Shown piece after piece: positions 37,036 to 50,791 of a stretch of 64,000 nucleotides of DNA (positions within the stretch are counted from its first letter, which is position 1; each line of letters opens with the position of its first letter). The notes under the pieces were generated by a model. It was not told the origin of the DNA and searched no databases. It was given only the letters and a program-made list of their open reading frames with translations. The position numbers and the translations under genes were made by a program. The DNA is taken from the NCBI GenBank assembly GCA_965287045.1, contig OZ336894.1, positions 8,122,001-8,186,000 of the forward strand, read 5' to 3'. This stretch comes from Carcharhinus amblyrhynchos. Lineage: Eukaryota.

Positions 37036-37986
37036 GTAAGTCTAATGAGTTTATCAAGTTGTCCTAAATCATGGGTTAGTAGTCACTAATTTCTAGGTTT
37101 ACTATTGTTTGTTCAGGCTATTAAATGCATCTTTCCTCAAATTTCCATATTTATTAAAAGATATGTAGTCAAGCAATTAACTGTTAAGTGACATGTATTA
37201 CTGTTTATATGTCATTTAGTATTTGATGAAAGTAAGACAATTGGCTGTGGTTTACAAAGTGTGTAATGAATTTCTCAGGTGAAAGATTGTAGGTGAAGTC
37301 TTCAACACACAACCACTTGGGTTTATCATTGAACCTGCACAGTCAGCAGCTTTAATAACAACTGAACGTTTCTGTTCCTGTTAATCTCCTATTTATTCAA
37401 ACTCTGTTCTCTTTTAACTTTTCACTGCATTGACAGATGTGCTGCCTGTGCCAGAACTTCAATGGGGAAATAGGGGTTATTTGATACAGATTCTCTTCAA
37501 TTCTGCTGTTCAGTTTTTGTCTAAAAGATCCATTCATGATTTATCAGAGTCTGTTTGTTCAGATATTCTAATGTGCAGTGCCACTCTGACCATCTGTGGA
37601 GTTGAGCGAGCCCTCTCAATCTTATGAGCCAGTGATCTCTTGTTACACACTGCACATTTGATGTGTTCTTTTGTGTGCCTCTTTTTAAATGATTAGTAGA
37701 GTTCATAAATCAGTGAAAGATTTGGTTACCCGTGTTATCTAGAAGTGTGGATTGTTTCCATATATGTAGTACAAATCATTTGGACGTTTGTTCTGCGAAG
37801 TTGCGATTGAACTGTATCATATTCAATTGCTAGTGATTTGTTTGTGTTAATTGAAAGCAATGTTACCAAACACATTCAACGGAAGCAGTTCAAGGCTAGG
37901 TACACCCATCATCATTTTCCATTTGGAGCAGCATCCAGTGACAGCTGAGATCCAAATTATGGATCTTCATGGGCGTAAAAGTATTG

Positions 37987-38520
37987 TAAGACCAAAGGAT
38001 ATAGGAGCAGAATTAGGCCACTCGGCCCATCGAGTCTGTTCTGCCATTCAGTCATGGCTGATGTTTTTCTCATCCCCATTCTCCTGCCTTTTCCCTTTAA
38101 CCCCGATCCCCTTTTTAATCAAGAACCTATCTATCTCTGTCTTAAAGATACTGAATGACCTGGCCTCCACAGCCTTCTGTGGTAAAGAGTTCTACAGGTT
38201 CACCCCTCTGGCTGAAGAAATTCCTCCTCATCTCTGTTTTAAAGGTTCATCCCTTTAGCCTGAGGTTGTGCCCTCTGGTTCTGGTTTTCCCTCTCCACAT
38301 CCACTCTATCCAGGCCTTACAGTATTCTGTAAGTTTTGATAAGATCCCCCCTTCATCTTTCTAAACTCCGAGTACAGACCCAGAGTCCTCAACTATTCCT
38401 CATACAACAGGCTCTTCTTTCCAGGGATCATTCTTGTGAACCTCCTCTGGACCCTTTACAAGGCCAGCACATCCTTCCTTAGTTATGGGGCCCAAAACTA
38501 CTCACAATGCTCCAAATGTG
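37987..38520 (-). mobile_element. CR1 LINE 3' end
   Basis: gatataggagcagaattaggcc tail; reverse-strand LRKDVLAL.RVQRRFTRMIPG remnant. Confidence 0.88.
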
Positions 38521-39882
38521 CAAAAATGTCCACCTGAAAATAGATGGAGGAATTTTTAAACAGGTCAGGGAATATTTTGTTATTCTATTCTATTATTATT
38601 TTATTTTACTTAATCTTTTTAGCATTTTAATTACACATGAAAGTGATCTGGGACTAGAGCTGGAAGCTGCAAGTTAAAAAAGGGAGCTTGTGCAACTAAA
38701 TCGGGAACAATTGGAGGTTACAGGGAGACACATTTATAAAATCTTGGGTTGGAAGTAAAGAGCCAATAATATTAAATGGGAAAATACCAGAATTGCTAGA
38801 GTAGGGAAAGGATGTTTGTAAACTTGAAAAGGACAACTGGTTGGGTGCAAGGCCACAAGTTGGAGACAACAATGGAGCTCATTTTAAAAGAAAAACCACA
38901 AACCTCATTAGAAAAGCAAGTTTTAGCGTGGGATTTAGAGACAAAAGACAGTGGAACAAGTGGGCAGACTGAAGTTGAAGAATGGACCAGGCTGCAGGCA
39001 GTGGGATGAAGAAATCTAGTAGTAAGTGGAAGTAATATCTTGAATGATTGCATGGCCTTTTTATTGAAAGAAAGAGAGCAGAGCAGTACAAAATGTTAGA
39101 ATTACTTGTATTACAAATTGTTTCATTTGAAGACTACTTCCAAAGTGCACAAGCAAAGGTTTGGACGTGTGGCAGGTACAGGCTGCGGTGACATTGGCAG
39201 GAGGTTTTGATGTCCCCTAGTCCAAAGCAGCATCATGAATGATAAGTTTACATGTGTAAATGCCACCAGGTTCACAATGGGAAGTCATATGTTGTAACAA
39301 AAAGCACTTCTCAAAATCATGACATGGAAAGTCAGGTTGTGGAGAGGAAGTGTACACCGTATTTCAGTATGCAACTTATACAGAAGGTGAGGTTCCTGAG
39401 CAATTTCTTAAATTGTCATCTGAACTTCACCTGGTGTCCAATAGAAATGAGAATATTTTCTCATACAAGAATAAAAAGTGCTTTTTTTTGAAAAAAGGAA
39501 TCTTGTTTAAGATGCACTCTATCTTTAAATCTTTTGAGTTTTTAAAAAATTCCCCCTCCAGATGTGGGCATCACTGACAAGGGTATCATTTCTTGCCCAC
39601 CCCTAATTCCCCTCGAAGACATGGTGAGCCACCTCCTTGAATCGCTGCAGCCTGTATGTTATAGGTACCATATATACCAATAGTGTACCAGTTGGTACGT
39701 GAGGGGATTGGTTTTGCTCGGTTGGACAGCTGGTTATGATGCAGAGCAATGGCAACAGAGCAGGTTCAACTACTGAGGATGTTCATAAAGGCCTTGCTTT
39801 CTCAATCTTGCCCTTCATCTATGGTATGGTCACCCTCAGGTAAATCACCACCAGTCACAGCCTGTGGTCATCTGGATGCACC

Positions 39883-40160
39883 TGGGTGGCACAGTGGTTA
39901 GCACAGCTGCCTCACAGTGCCAGGGAACCAGGTTTGATTTCTGGTTTGGCTGACTGTATGTGTGGGGCCTGCATATTCTCCCTGTGTCTGCAAGGGTTTC
40001 CTCTCTGAGAGAAGTGCTGGTTAGGTGCATTGGCCATGCTAAATTCTCCCTCAATGTACCCGAACAGGCGCTAGAGTATGGTGACAAGGAGATTTTCACA
40101 GTAACTTCATTGCAGTGTTAATGTAAGCCTACTTGAGACACTAATCAATAAGCTTTAAAC
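39883..40160 (+). mobile_element. V-SINE with alternative tail, nested in another tRNA-SINE (about 39700-39880 plus 40160-40180)
   Basis: cccgaacaggcgc..gagt.tgg.gac.agg.gattttcacagtaacttcattgcagtgttaatgtaagcctactt tail. Confidence 0.88.
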
Positions 40161-40399
40161 TATGGCCACTTTACCTTAAATCTGCCAGTATAAGACCTCA
40201 AACGTACCAAATGAGGTAAAATAGAACCTCCCCTCTATGTAACAGTCTTATTTTTAAAAACTTAGCTACAAAGAGACTTTTTTTTTGTTTGTTAGTTTAA
40301 ATGAATTTCTAAATGGCTCTGATTTGAGCTTACTTTTAAAGGAGGCTGCATCATATTTTTATTTGATAGTGCCTAAGTGTAGTGATTTCTCATAAGAAT

Positions 40400-41125
40400 T
40401 GAAGTCAATATTAAAAATCCTAAGTGAAATCTCCAGAGTGTCCTTGTAGCGTGTCCTTTGGTGCCATGAGTGCACCTTAGACTCAAGCTCTCCATGAGAG
40501 ATCACTTTGGTAAGCAAGTGTCAGGCATTCTGTCTTAGTGACCAGCCCAACTCGGTTGTGATTGTCTCAGTGTAGTGTAGATTCTTGGTGTGCCAGCTTG
40601 GGTGAGCGCCCCAATGTCTGGTATTTTGTCTTGCCACCTGAGCTTCCAAAAGCAGTTCCAGGGGAAGTGGTTGAGCCTCTTGCAATGATGTTGGTACACA
40701 GTCCAAGTCTTGCATGCATAGAGCAGGGTAGACAGGACTATTGCTGTATGGGCTTTCAGTTTAGTAGGCAGACTTGTTCCTCGTCATTCCCAGACTATGT
40801 TCGAAGTCTACCAATGGCTATGCTTGCTTTAGCAACACTTGCAAATGCCTCGTTATTAACATAGACAGCTCAAGAGAAGAGCATACTGTTACAAAAAGTG
40901 AACTTATCCACTGCTGCAAAGTTCTGGTCATGAACTGAAACCTTGGGCTCAAGATAGGTTTTTTGAACAGGCTGATTCATTACTTCAATTTTCTTTTGAT
41001 GCTTGACATTGTCATACAGATTGGGAAACAAGCCCATGCTACATTGCATGTCCAGCGGTGAACCGGTACAATCATTGGCAAACAGGAAATCATGAAGTGT
41101 GTGTCCGGAGACCTTGGTCTTTGTC
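40400..41125 (-). mobile_element. Decayed RTE-clade (BovB-like) LINE ORF fragment
   Basis: Minus strand reads AKASIAIGRLR, LPTKLKAH.AIVLSTLLYACKTWTVYQ, RWQDKIPD, QRTRYKDTL across frameshifts. Confidence 0.78.
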
Positions 41126-43071
41126 GTGCTCCTTTAGTGGGTACTGAATCTCATGATGGAGGTGAAGTCCAGCTCTCACTGTAAATTATCTGCAAAGATA
41201 AATTCAAATATGTGTGTTGAAGACTCTCCTGAAAGGAATTAAGATGACAGTCCGGTCAGCAGGCTTTGATTTTTGAGTAATAATTCTTTTGCTGATTTAA
41301 TGGAGATTTGTATGGTCACAATATGGGCAGATTATCATATGTCCACATCAGAATGCAAACAGGGATAGTTGTTGTCCTGTTCTAATCTATCTTTTGTAAG
41401 ATTAACAATCGGCAATGGCCACGTTTACTTGCAATCTAAATGGAATCATATTTTAATTTGGGGAACACGTTCTTGGTCGACAGCGTGCTGCATCAGTCCA
41501 GGCTGGCAAGGCTTTGGAATCTGCGTGGTAAGATGAGCCAAGAAATCTGAAAGAGAAAACAAAATGTTGGAAATACACAGCCAGCCAGCAGCATTATTAA
41601 AAGAAAAAGGCATGTTATGACAATTCAGCTGTAAACTCTTTGTCAGTTTGGAAATGTCATAGCCTGTTTTCTTTTGTTCCCTGTGGACTACCTGATTTGT
41701 ACCATATTATTTGTTTCATCTGTCCAAAACTCTGGAAGGGTTGTCTTGGATGACACCACCTTCCCCAGCAAAGCAGGGATGGGGAGGTCAGATTGTAGTA
41801 TCTCCATCTGTTCTGGGTGAGGTCAGCAAATCTGCAGCATTTAGTGCATTTTGACATTTTTCTTGATGGGGAAAAATGTACCTTAACTTTCAGCTTATAC
41901 AGATCTTTTTCCAGTAATTTGTATTTTGTTTCATTCTAAGAGGTTTTTTCAGTTAATTTGGCCTCTGCAATCTTGTGGAAATTCTCCCAAATTGACAAAA
42001 AAATTGCATTCCCAAACAGCATTGACTTGAATATACATTTGAAGCTACAGTTTGGTCGATTGTGAATATTTCCCAAAAGTTTGGAGTAATCTGAAAAATT
42101 GGAAGGGGAAGGAAATATCCTAAACTGCCAAATTCTGCTGTGAACTTGTTGAGTGGTTTCTTGGAGTGATTGGATGCAGCTCTCCCTCTGATATCCCCTT
42201 GCCCTCACCACATGGAGTGGCACATTACCCCTCCTTTTTATTGCTTCACAAAACATGAGAGGAATGAAGAGCGATTGTTTGGAGGATGAAGAGAATGAAC
42301 CTGCACTATTCCACTTTGTGTAGCTTTGGTACCCTTTGCTATGTTGGTATATTTCTAACACCATAGTGCATATTTAACACAAAAGATACAATGTCGGTGA
42401 ATATAATCACACTCTTCCGTTTGCTCAAACCCAAATGTTTGAATGTTGTCTAAATCAAAGCTAGGTTCCACAAGGAATTAATGAATTTGCATAATTAAGT
42501 GATAGCATCAACCCAGAAGGAAATAAGTTTTCTCAAAGAATGCTGCTCAAACTTTGATATAGCAGTCTTTTTATACAATAGTATAGAAAGGTTTTAGTTT
42601 AGTGTTCATCCTAAATGCTGTTCTTGCCATTTTCCAGATGATTTTAATTGTGTTTTTCTAATTTGGTCACTCCAAACTGTTACAGTAAGCTTGTATTTAA
42701 AATAATTAAAGGCATTGTATATGGCATATAGCATTATACTGGATCTTCGAACCATTGTCCTTCCTTCTCCCCTCTCTTTCACATTCCTCCCCACTGATCC
42801 TCTCTCCAATCAAAGGGTTTTACTTAAAACTTAGAGAAATATGAGAGCAACAAAATAGAACATTTAATTAAGCAAAGCCTGTTGATGATTTTGTTTCCTT
42901 CCTTAAATTTAAAGGAAATTATTCTGTCAAAAATAGAATTGTGTTTTTTATCCCTAATTAGTGTGTTTAAGAATTTTATACATGCTGATCTCTGGTCTGT
43001 TGCTCTAACAAGCTTTGCTCCATGTCCTTTTGATGCTTAAATTCTAACTCCTTTCCCTGCTTTTTGGGCAG

Positions 43072-43104
43072 TCTCCTTCAAAATGGTATTGGAAACTGGT
43101 GCCC
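43072..43104 (+). CDS. CAMSAP1: CAMSAP1 alternative 33-nt microexon (SPSKWYWKLVP), phase 0 to 0
   Basis: gggcag|TCTCCTTCAAAATGGTATTGGAAACTGGTGCCC|gtaagt; WYWKLVP is the alternatively included peptide of CAMSAP-family proteins just before the CH domain. Confidence 0.9.
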
Positions 43105-45654
43105 GTAAGTGAGCTACTAACCGTCTATTTCTACTTCAGTCATTTTTCATTCTTCTGATTTTAACATAACAGCAATAAAGAGCAAAACATTTTTCTTTAC
43201 ATCTGAGGACCATATTTCTAATTACACTTATTTCTAGAAAGCCTATTTTAAGACTCGTGAATTATGTAGAAGAATCTGATTTAAAAAAAAACTGCAAACA
43301 CCAATGAATTGTTGGAGCTGTTGGCCTCACTATCCTTATCGTGAAATTGAGGCCTTTAATGTACTTTGCCATTTGTTAACAATGGGCATTTATCACAGGA
43401 TGGGCTTCGTGTTACACTGTTAAGACTGGTTTCATTGATTGAAGAAGATGGATTGTTGTTTATTGCTGAAAATATTAGGACATCAGCGAACATCAGCTTT
43501 CAGAAATGATGGCTTGAGAAATTCAGAGTTCTTTATATGTATTCTGCACTTGGGGAATGCACATTTTATGTGTTGAATGTGTCTAAGAACAGTACGTGTA
43601 GTTTCAAACTGATAGCTGAGAATACTGAATTAAAAGAGGGCATTGTGAATCAACTGCAGTGTTCAGTAGAACCTTTGCCATGTGTGTTTTCACACTTCGG
43701 TCACTGAATGCTATTGTGCGTTATCAGGCAATTTCATTGGAATGTGCATGTGCTTAAATCCCCTTATTCTGCAGAATGTCTTTCCATCATTTTTTGTTGT
43801 GGGCATGGGACTTTATTTCAGCAAGAAACCCAGGCCTGTCAAAAATCTTCATAATTAATCCAAATAAAAGTACAACACCATTCCTGATATCAAAAATTGG
43901 GTAGTTATTGTGAAATATAAAATAAGACTGTGCAAACCATTTGCTGCTGCCTTTGTTCATAAGCCTGCTGCTTAACTGTAATATTTTGTCAAATAAAGCT
44001 GTTGATCTGATAACTATTTTTACAAAATAGTAAAAATGATATTTATTTGAATATAATATATTAAAACTGTGATCAGTGACCTCCAAACCTGAAGATCAAT
44101 ATAAACGTATTTTTCTCTTTACCTTTTCCACCTGACCTCTGTTTATTGCATTATAAATCTGTGTCCCCTTTCTACATCTCCTTATACAAATACTCTAAGT
44201 TTGGGCAAAGCTTGAGGTCTTTTGACATTCCCTTTCCAAAGCTTACTGTTTTCCGCATGCCTTTGTGTTTCTCATGGTCTTTCCTGCCTTCTGTTTATAA
44301 TTCTGTGATGTAAAGCATGCCATAGCCCACTGCATACTTGAACCAGAGGAATATGCTTGGGTGGTACAGTATAATTCTTCACTCCATAAAATACAAGACG
44401 CATATTTTTAAATGAAACATCTGGCTTTAAAATCCTAAATTTTGTGGTTTCTGCAATAGCTGTGGTAAAGTACTTTCAATATATAACTGGCTAGTGTTTC
44501 TGAGATCTTTATATCACTGAAAATTAATGCATGCTTTATATAATTTCCAAAAGACTGGAATAATCATGTCATTTTTTTAAGAGCCATTTTCAGGTGATAT
44601 CTCCTTTGTGCTTATACCTTAAATATCTTAAATAGGTCTGGTTGCATTAGTATCCATTATTGAAGCCTTGATTTATCGCAATGGGTTTAAAATAATTACA
44701 TTTTTCACTGGTACTCTATTGTCACATCATTGTCTTTTATCCAAGAGCAGCGAGCTATGTTGGTGCAGGCATTTAGAATTTATCCTCGGTGTCATTTTTA
44801 ATGGATCGTTACAAGGCTGAAAGCAAGATTTAAAACAGATGCAAATAAGAGAGGCATTAATTTATTTATCTAAAGAAAGTCTTGCTCAGCTGGTCACACA
44901 TTTATAAGGATTTGGTAGCAATAGCACTTTAACTTTGCCCTTTCAGAAGCGTTGATTTAACTTTGACTGAAATTATCCCTACGTGCAATTTAAAAACAGA
45001 TGATCTGTGAGTCAATTTACCGAGCTTGACAAATCCAATTGCCTGGCATTGATTCTTGCAATTTGTTGATGTACCCTGTGGCATTCTAACTAACCAATAG
45101 TCACACCAACCACAGATTCCAACCTTAAATCGCACATAATCAATAGTGGTTAATTAGAAACTCATATAATTATTTGGAACGCTGGGCTCAAACTCAAGTT
45201 TAATCATGAAATTATATGCCTTTGAAAATAGCTGCACAGAATTCTATTTTCTTTGAAGTATGGACACAAAGCAGATTGGTACTGTAGTGTCTCCATAGCT
45301 CCATGATGCTAGTAGAGATAAATTAATATGTATTTTTCACATAATGCTAGCAGTGAAGCAGACTTGGTTAACAATACCTCATGGATATGTTAATTATTCA
45401 CACTTGCCTCCAGACTAAAGACTGACAATGTTGGCATTTGCTGCTTGAATGAAATTTCATGAAAAATTGTGAAAATATAATATAACAAATGATGACAAAA
45501 CTCCCTCTTTGGAATTTGGTGCAGTGGTATCCATTACAAAAAAAAATCTGTTCCCCCTTACTTGGTTTGAACAAATGTTACTGTGCATTGCTTTTGTTTT
45601 GAGTAAATATGACCTTTTTTAATTTGGTATTTGGATGATCAATTCTCCTTTCTT

Positions 45655-46180
45655 TGATTTGATTTATTATTGTCAATAATAAATTAGGATACAGTGCAAA
45701 GTATTGTTACTTGCGTGCTACACAAACAGAACATACCGCTTATAGAGTACATGGGGAGAAGGAAAGCAAAGAGTGCAGATCATCATGTTACAGTCATAGC
45801 TAGGGTGTAAAGAAAGGTCAACATAATATTTGGTAGGTCCATTCAAAAGTGTGATGGCAGCAGGGAAGAAGCTGTTCTTGAGTCGGTTGGTGCATGACAT
45901 CAGACTTCTGTATCTTTCTCCCGGCCGAAGAAAGCACGTGCAGGGGGTGTGAGGTATTTCAGTATGCTGGCTGCTTTTCTGAGACAGCGAGATGTGTAGA
46001 TGGAGTCAATGGATGGGAGGCTGGTTTGTGTGATAGATTGGGCTACTTTCATAACCTTTAGTAGTTTCTTGCTGTCTTGGTCAGAGTAGGAGTCATATTG
46101 AGCTGTGATACAGCTTTAAAGGATGCTTTCAATGATCTATCAGTAAAATTAGTTGTAGCATTCATGCTGAATTTCCTTTA
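45655..46180 (-). mobile_element. Rex1/Babar LINE 3' end
   Basis: TNRLKNSFFPAAITLLN C-terminus and shared tail. Confidence 0.87.
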
Positions 46181-46489
46181 GCCTCTGTGGACATTTAGAG
46201 TCCTGTCATTGGAGTTGCAGAGGGAAGAGAACTAATAGAACCACTTTTCTGCTTCTATGCATTCCTCTATGTCAATAACATATAACATCACTGCTCTTTC
46301 TAATTAGGGGATGTAATTAACATGATTTATCAATAAAGTTGGCTTAGTGCAAAATAGCTTACCTTGATTCTGAATAGTTCATTTTAAATGAATTATTTTT
46401 GAAGGGCCGGTGTGGTTACATAGACAAAAGTCATATCCAATTTGTTCTCAGCTGGATCCTACAAGCATTAAGTAAGAGAGCCTCTTCAG

Positions 46490-46730
46490 TTATTAAGGGC
46501 AGAATATTGGCCAGGGTCCGGTGTGAACTCCTTGTCCCTCAGTGTCAAACTTTTTTTTTACGTTCACCTGAAATGGGTCTCCTTTTAATCTCTCTGAAAG
46601 ATGATGCCAACAGCAAAATAGCTGTCCCTAGTGAAAATTCAGTCTAGACTATATTCCCTCATCCTGGAGTGAAGCTTGGACCCATGCCTTGCTGATTTTG
46701 AGACAAAAGTACATTAGTGTACCAAGCACA
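46490..46730 (-). mobile_element. Degenerate DeuSINE fragment
   Basis: atattggccagg, tttaatctctctgaaagatg, cctggagtg resemble 36183-36582; other pieces at about 33140-33310 (+) and 35020-35150 (+). Confidence 0.55.
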
Positions 46731-47514
46731 AGTGGACATTAGACTTACACTCTTTATAAAGGGAAGTGTAGAATGTTTAGCAGGTAGTTTGGGAAATTTG
46801 GTCATATCAGGTTAGCAAACAATAAGTAAGGAATTAAACTTGTACAAAAGAACATGATCTGCCAGCCCCCCCCCCCCTCACTTCTGCATTAAGGCTGTTT
46901 ATGGCATATTATTAAATTAGTGAATCAGATTGCCACTAATAAGCTATAAATCTCCTATTGAGATGTCAGGGTAAACAAATATTCCAAAAACTGTGGGTGT
47001 ATGCTTCAAATTCAAAAATATATGTTGGGTTGGCAATGTTGATATAAATAAACTGGTCTGATGTATTTTGTGGGAAGCAGGGTGAGGAAGAGATTCTAAT
47101 TTAGCCAGACTGAGTCATGCCCTTACTGATGAAGTCATTAGCAAAAAAGTGATCCTGCCAGCACCATTGGGATTGAAACATAGTTGCTGGTAGTTTGTAC
47201 TTAAAACTGTAATTTTTCTTTAAAGACATTCCTGGAATTATTTTATTGAAGGTTCTTTTTAAAAATTAATGTTTCTGATTCCTGACTAAAGCACTGTTGA
47301 ATATTTCTATGTAGGGAAAATACAGCATATTGGAATCAAAACAAGTTAACTTTCTGCTTTCCTCATTGCATTTTTCAGGAATCTGCTGTGGTGCTTAGCT
47401 GTTAGTTTCCTGAAATTTCATAATTATGCAAAAATGTACAAAATTAGATCCAAGCTAACTTGTAAGAAAGTTGGACTATATATTCCATGTTCTGGAGAGG
47501 CCTGTTATCACAGA

Positions 47515-50373
47515 AATCATAGAAACCCTTCGGTACAGAAAGAGGCCATTAGGCCCATTGAGTCTGCACTGATCACAATCCCACTCAGGCCCTACTCTGA
47601 TATCCTTACATATTTATCCACTAATCCCTCTGTCCTACCCATCTTCAGACACTAAAGGCATTTTTTAACGTGGCCAATCAACCTAACCCACACATCTTTG
47701 GACTGTGGGAGGAAGCCGGAGCACCCGGAGGAAACCTACGCAGACAGGAGGAGAATGTGCAAACTCCACACAGACAGTGACCTGAGCCAGGAATCAAACC
47801 CAGGTCCCTGGAGCTGTGAAGCAGCAGTAAGAACATAAGAAATAGGAGCAGGAGTAGGCCATCTAGCCCTTCGAGCCTGCCCCGCCATTCAATAAGATCA
47901 TGGCGAATATGAAATGGATCAGTTCCACTTTCCCACTTTCTCCCCATAACCCTTAATTCCCTTGTCTATCAAAAACCTATCTACCCGTGCCTTAAATATA
48001 TTTAGCGAGGTAGCCTCCACCACTTCAACGGGCAGAGAATTCCAGAGATTCACCACCCTTTGAGTGAAGAAGTTCCTCCTCAACTCTGATCTAAACCGCG
48101 CCCCCCCCCCCTTATCTTGAGGCTGTGCCCTCTAGTCCTGCTATCCTTTCTAAGCAGGAAGAATCTCTCTACCTCTACCCTATCCATTCCCTTCATTATC
48201 TTATATGTCTCTATAAGATCCCCCCTCATCCTTCTAAACTCTAATGAGTACAGACCTAGTCTATTTAGTCTCTCTTCATAGTCTAACCCCCTCATCTCCG
48301 GTATCAGCCTAGTGAACCTCCTCTGCACTCCCTCTGCCAATATATCCTTGTGCAAGTGCGGCGATCAAAACTGCATACAATACTCCAGCTGTGGCCTCAC
48401 CAGTACCCTGTACAGTTGCAGCAAGACCTCCCTACTTTTATATTCTATCCCCCTCGCTATAAAGGTCAACATTCCATTCGCTGCCTTGACCACCTGCACC
48501 TGCAGACTGAGTTTTTGCGACTTGTGCTCAAGGACCCCCAGGGCCCTCTGCACCGTAGTGTGCTGCAGCTTTTCGCCTTTTAAATAATAATCCCTCCTAT
48601 TATTTCTGCCGAAGTGGATAACCTCACACTTGCTAACATTGTACTCCATCTGCCAGGTCCTCGCCCACTCAGTCGGCCTATCCCGATCTCTCTGCAGACT
48701 TTCCACACCCTCCACACAATTTGCTTTTCCACTCATCTTCATGTCATCAGCAAATTTCGTCACCCTACACTCAGCCCCCTCCTCCAGATCATCTATATAA
48801 ATGGTAAATAGTTGAGGCCCCAGCACCAATGCCTGCGGCACTCCACTAGTCACCAACCGCCAACCAGAATAGCACCCATTGATACCAACTCTGCTTCCTA
48901 TTAGATAGCCAATCCTCTATCCACGCTAACACCTTACCCCCAACTCCGTGCACCCTAACCTTCTGTAGCAACCTTTTATGAGGCACCTTATCAAACGCCT
49001 TTTGAAAATCTAAAAACACCACATCCACCGGTTCCCCTCTGTCTACCGCACTAGTCACACCCTCATAGAAATCCAATAAATTCTTCAAACACAACTTCCC
49101 CTTAACGAATCTGTGCTGCGTCTGCTCTATCAAACCATTCTTTTCTAGGTGCCTCGCTATTTCTTCTTTGACGGATTCTAGCATTTTTCCAACAACAGAC
49201 ATTAAACTAACCGGCCTATAATTCCCTGCCTTTTGTCTGCTACCTTTTTTAAACAGCAGCGTAATATTAGCCATTTTCCAATCCTCCGGCACTTCCCCGG
49301 AATCCAGCGAATTTTGATAAATAATTACTAAGGCATCCACTATCACCTCTGCCATTTCTTTCAGAACCCTGGGATGCATTCCATCTGGTCCTGGGGACTT
49401 GTCCACCTTCAGTCCCATTAGTCTATCAAGCACTACCTCTTTAGTGACAGTAATCGCATTCAGAACCTCAACTCCTACCATCCTTCTATCTTTAAGATCT
49501 GGCAAACTATTTGTGTCCTCCTCCATGAAGACCGAGGCAAAAAACTTATTTAAAGCCTCAGCCATTTCCTCATCTCCCACTGCTAAATCCCCCCGCCCCC
49601 ATCCTCTAAGGGTCCAGCATTCACTCTAGCCAGCCTTCTCTTCTTTAAATACTTGTAAAAACTTTTACTGTCCTTTTTTATATTTAGAGCTAGTTTAGCT
49701 TCATAGTCTATCTTTCCTTTCTTTATCACCTTCTTAGTCATTCTTTGTTGATTTTTAAATTGTTCCCAATCTTCTAATTGCCCACTACTTTTAGCCACTC
49801 CGAACGCATCAGCTTTTAATTTAATACTCTCCTTTATTTCCTTAGATAACCACGGCTGGTTATCCCTTCTCCTACATTCCTTTTTCCCATCGGAATATAT
49901 TTCTGCCGAGTACCGAAAAAGATCTCCTTAAAAATCCTCCACTGTTCCTCAGCTGTCCTACCAACCAATCTGCGCCCCCAATCTACATTCGCCAATTCCG
50001 CTCTCATCCTATCGTACTCCCCTCTGTTCAGAGGACACACGTTCGGGACCCTACTTTCTCATCCTCCATCTGCATCAAAAATTCAACCATACTATGATCA
50101 CTCGTCCCAAGAGGATCCCTAATTCTACCTGCCTCGTTACACAGCACCAGATCTAAGATAGCTCGCTCCCTCGTAGGTTCCATCACATACTGTTCAAGGA
50201 AACTATCCCGACAGCATTCCAAGAACTCTTCCTCAAGCCCACCGCATCCGACTTGGGTCATCCAATCAATATGCAGATTAAAATCCTCCGTAATTATTGC
50301 CGTTCCGTTTCTGCACGCATCATTTATTTGCTTGTTTATAGCAGCGCTAACCACTGTGCTACCGTGCTGCCCC
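47515..50373 (-). mobile_element. HE1-like V-SINE split in two (47515-47827 and 50341-50373) by a CR1 insertion
   Basis: SINE breaks at ...gctgtgaagcagcagt and resumes at gcagcgctaaccactgtgctaccgtgctgccc. Confidence 0.88.
47827..50340 (-). mobile_element. CR1/HER1-type LINE, 2.5 kb of ORF2 (endonuclease end and RT), frameshifted
   Basis: Six consecutive minus-strand ORFs 50384 to 48080: DFNL, LDLVL, SDH, KSPGPDGMHPRVLKE, GNYRPVSL, LDFQKAFDKVPH, SGVPQ, FADD. Confidence 0.95.
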
Positions 50374-50649
50374 ATTGTTGACATGCAGCATTTTTGAGAG
50401 TGATTTGTTTTTGTTATGCAGCTTCGAGTATGTTCGCCTATATAATCTCTGGCATATCTTGAGTATTAAGCAATCCATTGGATAGGCATTAGTTCTGAAA
50501 AAGCTTCGGGCTGGGGAAAAGAAATCTTAAATAATATCAGCTGGACTTTGCTATAAAGAGGGATTGAATACAGTACCACCCAAGTTAAAGCATTAATGTA
50601 TAGTCACCAGTTCTCTCCCTTTTTTAAACTTATCTTTATTTTGTGTCAG

Positions 50650-50791
50650 GTGCGTTATCGACGAGATCATCCCTTGAACAAGCAATTGCCATTTTTTCCT
50701 TTAATGGAGGATTTAATGAGAGATGTGTGCGATGGCTGTTCACTTCTTGCAGTTATTCACTACTACTGTCCAGAGCTCATGAAATTAGAAG
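50650..50791 (+). CDS. CAMSAP1: CAMSAP1 exon 5 (start of calponin-homology domain), 142 nt, phase 0 to 1
   Basis: tgtcag|GTGCGT...TTAGAAG|gtattt; VRYRRDHPLNKQLPFFPLMEDLMRDVCDGCSLLAVIHYYCPELMKLE. Confidence 0.95.
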
